DNA of 63,992 nucleotides, the filler included, from Octopus bimaculoides (Eukaryota), in assembly GCF_001194135.2 (NCBI RefSeq). It is 7 parts of 6 records of this genome, joined end to end, with 100 filler letters (N's around TTAATTAATTAA, not from the genome) between each part and the next. Parts side by side here need not be neighbours in the genome. Positions count along the whole stretch, not along the records: positions 62,726 to 63,992 come from NW_026321612.1; 6 more parts are not named here. The stretch is one strand, 5' to 3'. The first letter of the stretch is position 1; every line of letters begins with the position of its first letter. The notes under the pieces were generated by a model that had not been told where the DNA came from, ran no database searches, and was given only the letters and a program-made list of their open reading frames with translations. Shown here piece by piece: positions 63,035 to 63,992 of the stretch. A program made the position numbers and the translations under genes.

Positions 63035-63992
63035 CATACTAAAACTCTAGAGATGTTTGCGTTTACCCGAAGTATCTCAGAAGTAACATATTTTATCTCA
63101 ATTTTTTTTTGCATATTTATTTTCTTACTTACCTTTTGCAGTGCAGTACAATTTTTTGTGATATTTGGACGTCTATTCATTAATAAAAACGAATTAATAC
63201 AATTTTTGTTTGTTATTTCTTGACGAAAATAAAAACATGGCTTCCGTGAGGGCAACACGCATACACATATACAGACTACACACACGTGTAATGAATGGCA
63301 TGGCTTGAGAGTCAACACAAACACACGTCCGCTATTTGTGACATATACACACACACAGTCTTCGCGCTCTCTAAGCAAAAACAAAAAAACCTCGACTTTT
63401 CCCGTACACAACATTTTAATCAATTAGAAATATTTTTAACTGAATGTGATTTCAAAAATATAACTTGTCTGTACCGGAAGAATTTATATTTTAGCTTTCT
63501 TTAGACAGACTATATTTTAATGTTTTTTAAAATTATTTTCAAGTGAATGATGATTTTTGCTTGTCGTCCGAAGTTTGTTAATTTCCGCCAAAATTTTTTC
63601 TATTTATTTACATTTGTTTTAAAGTGAAAGAATGAAAGTGAAAGATGTATATACGTGTATATGAAATGGACTTGTATGTGTGAAAGAGCGAGAGAGAGGA
63701 AGAGAGAGACGGAAAAAGAGAGAGAGAAAGAAATAGGAGAAAAGAGGGAGAGAAAGAGAGAGAAAGGAAAAGATAGAGAGAGAAAGAGAGAGGTAAATTG
63801 AGAGAGGAAAAGAGAGAAAGAGAAAGAGAGAGAGTGAATGGGTATGTTATGTATATGCACTTACGTCAATACGTATGCGAAGATCTTTCACTTTCTCCAC
63901 TCTTTCCTTTTAAAACAAAAGTAAATAAATAAGAATTTTTTGCAGAAATTAACGAACAAAACCAGCTGATCTGGATGACAGTTCTGAGAGTC

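Overview
AT-rich, microsatellite-saturated, gapped eukaryotic genomic DNA; the repeat content and assembly style suggest Octopus or another cephalopod (inference, not a database result). No intact host protein-coding gene was recognised, and almost every ORF in the track is a translation of dinucleotide/tetranucleotide repeats or N-gaps. Real coding signal comes only from decayed transposons: mariner (x2), DD37D maT-like, a hAT transposase, a Tx1/L1-like LINE (ORF1 zinc knuckle plus YADD reverse transcriptase), Hero-like, R4/Dong-like, CR1-like and RTE-like LINE remnants. There are several tRNA-derived SINE-like families (labelled AB, C, D here) and a LINE-tail family (E). The main discovery is at least four distinct families of short non-coding elements carrying minimal type-I hammerhead ribozyme (HHR) motifs of the Penelope-associated kind; three of the four sit in inverted-repeat or palindromic structures. 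The best example (9490-10041; deleted copies at 19210 and 55650) is a ~550-bp palindrome of two head-to-head tRNA-derived Pol III promoters, each followed by (AAT)n and an outward-reading HHR. The individual HHR copies are mostly mutated; activity is inferred only for the reconstructed consensus.
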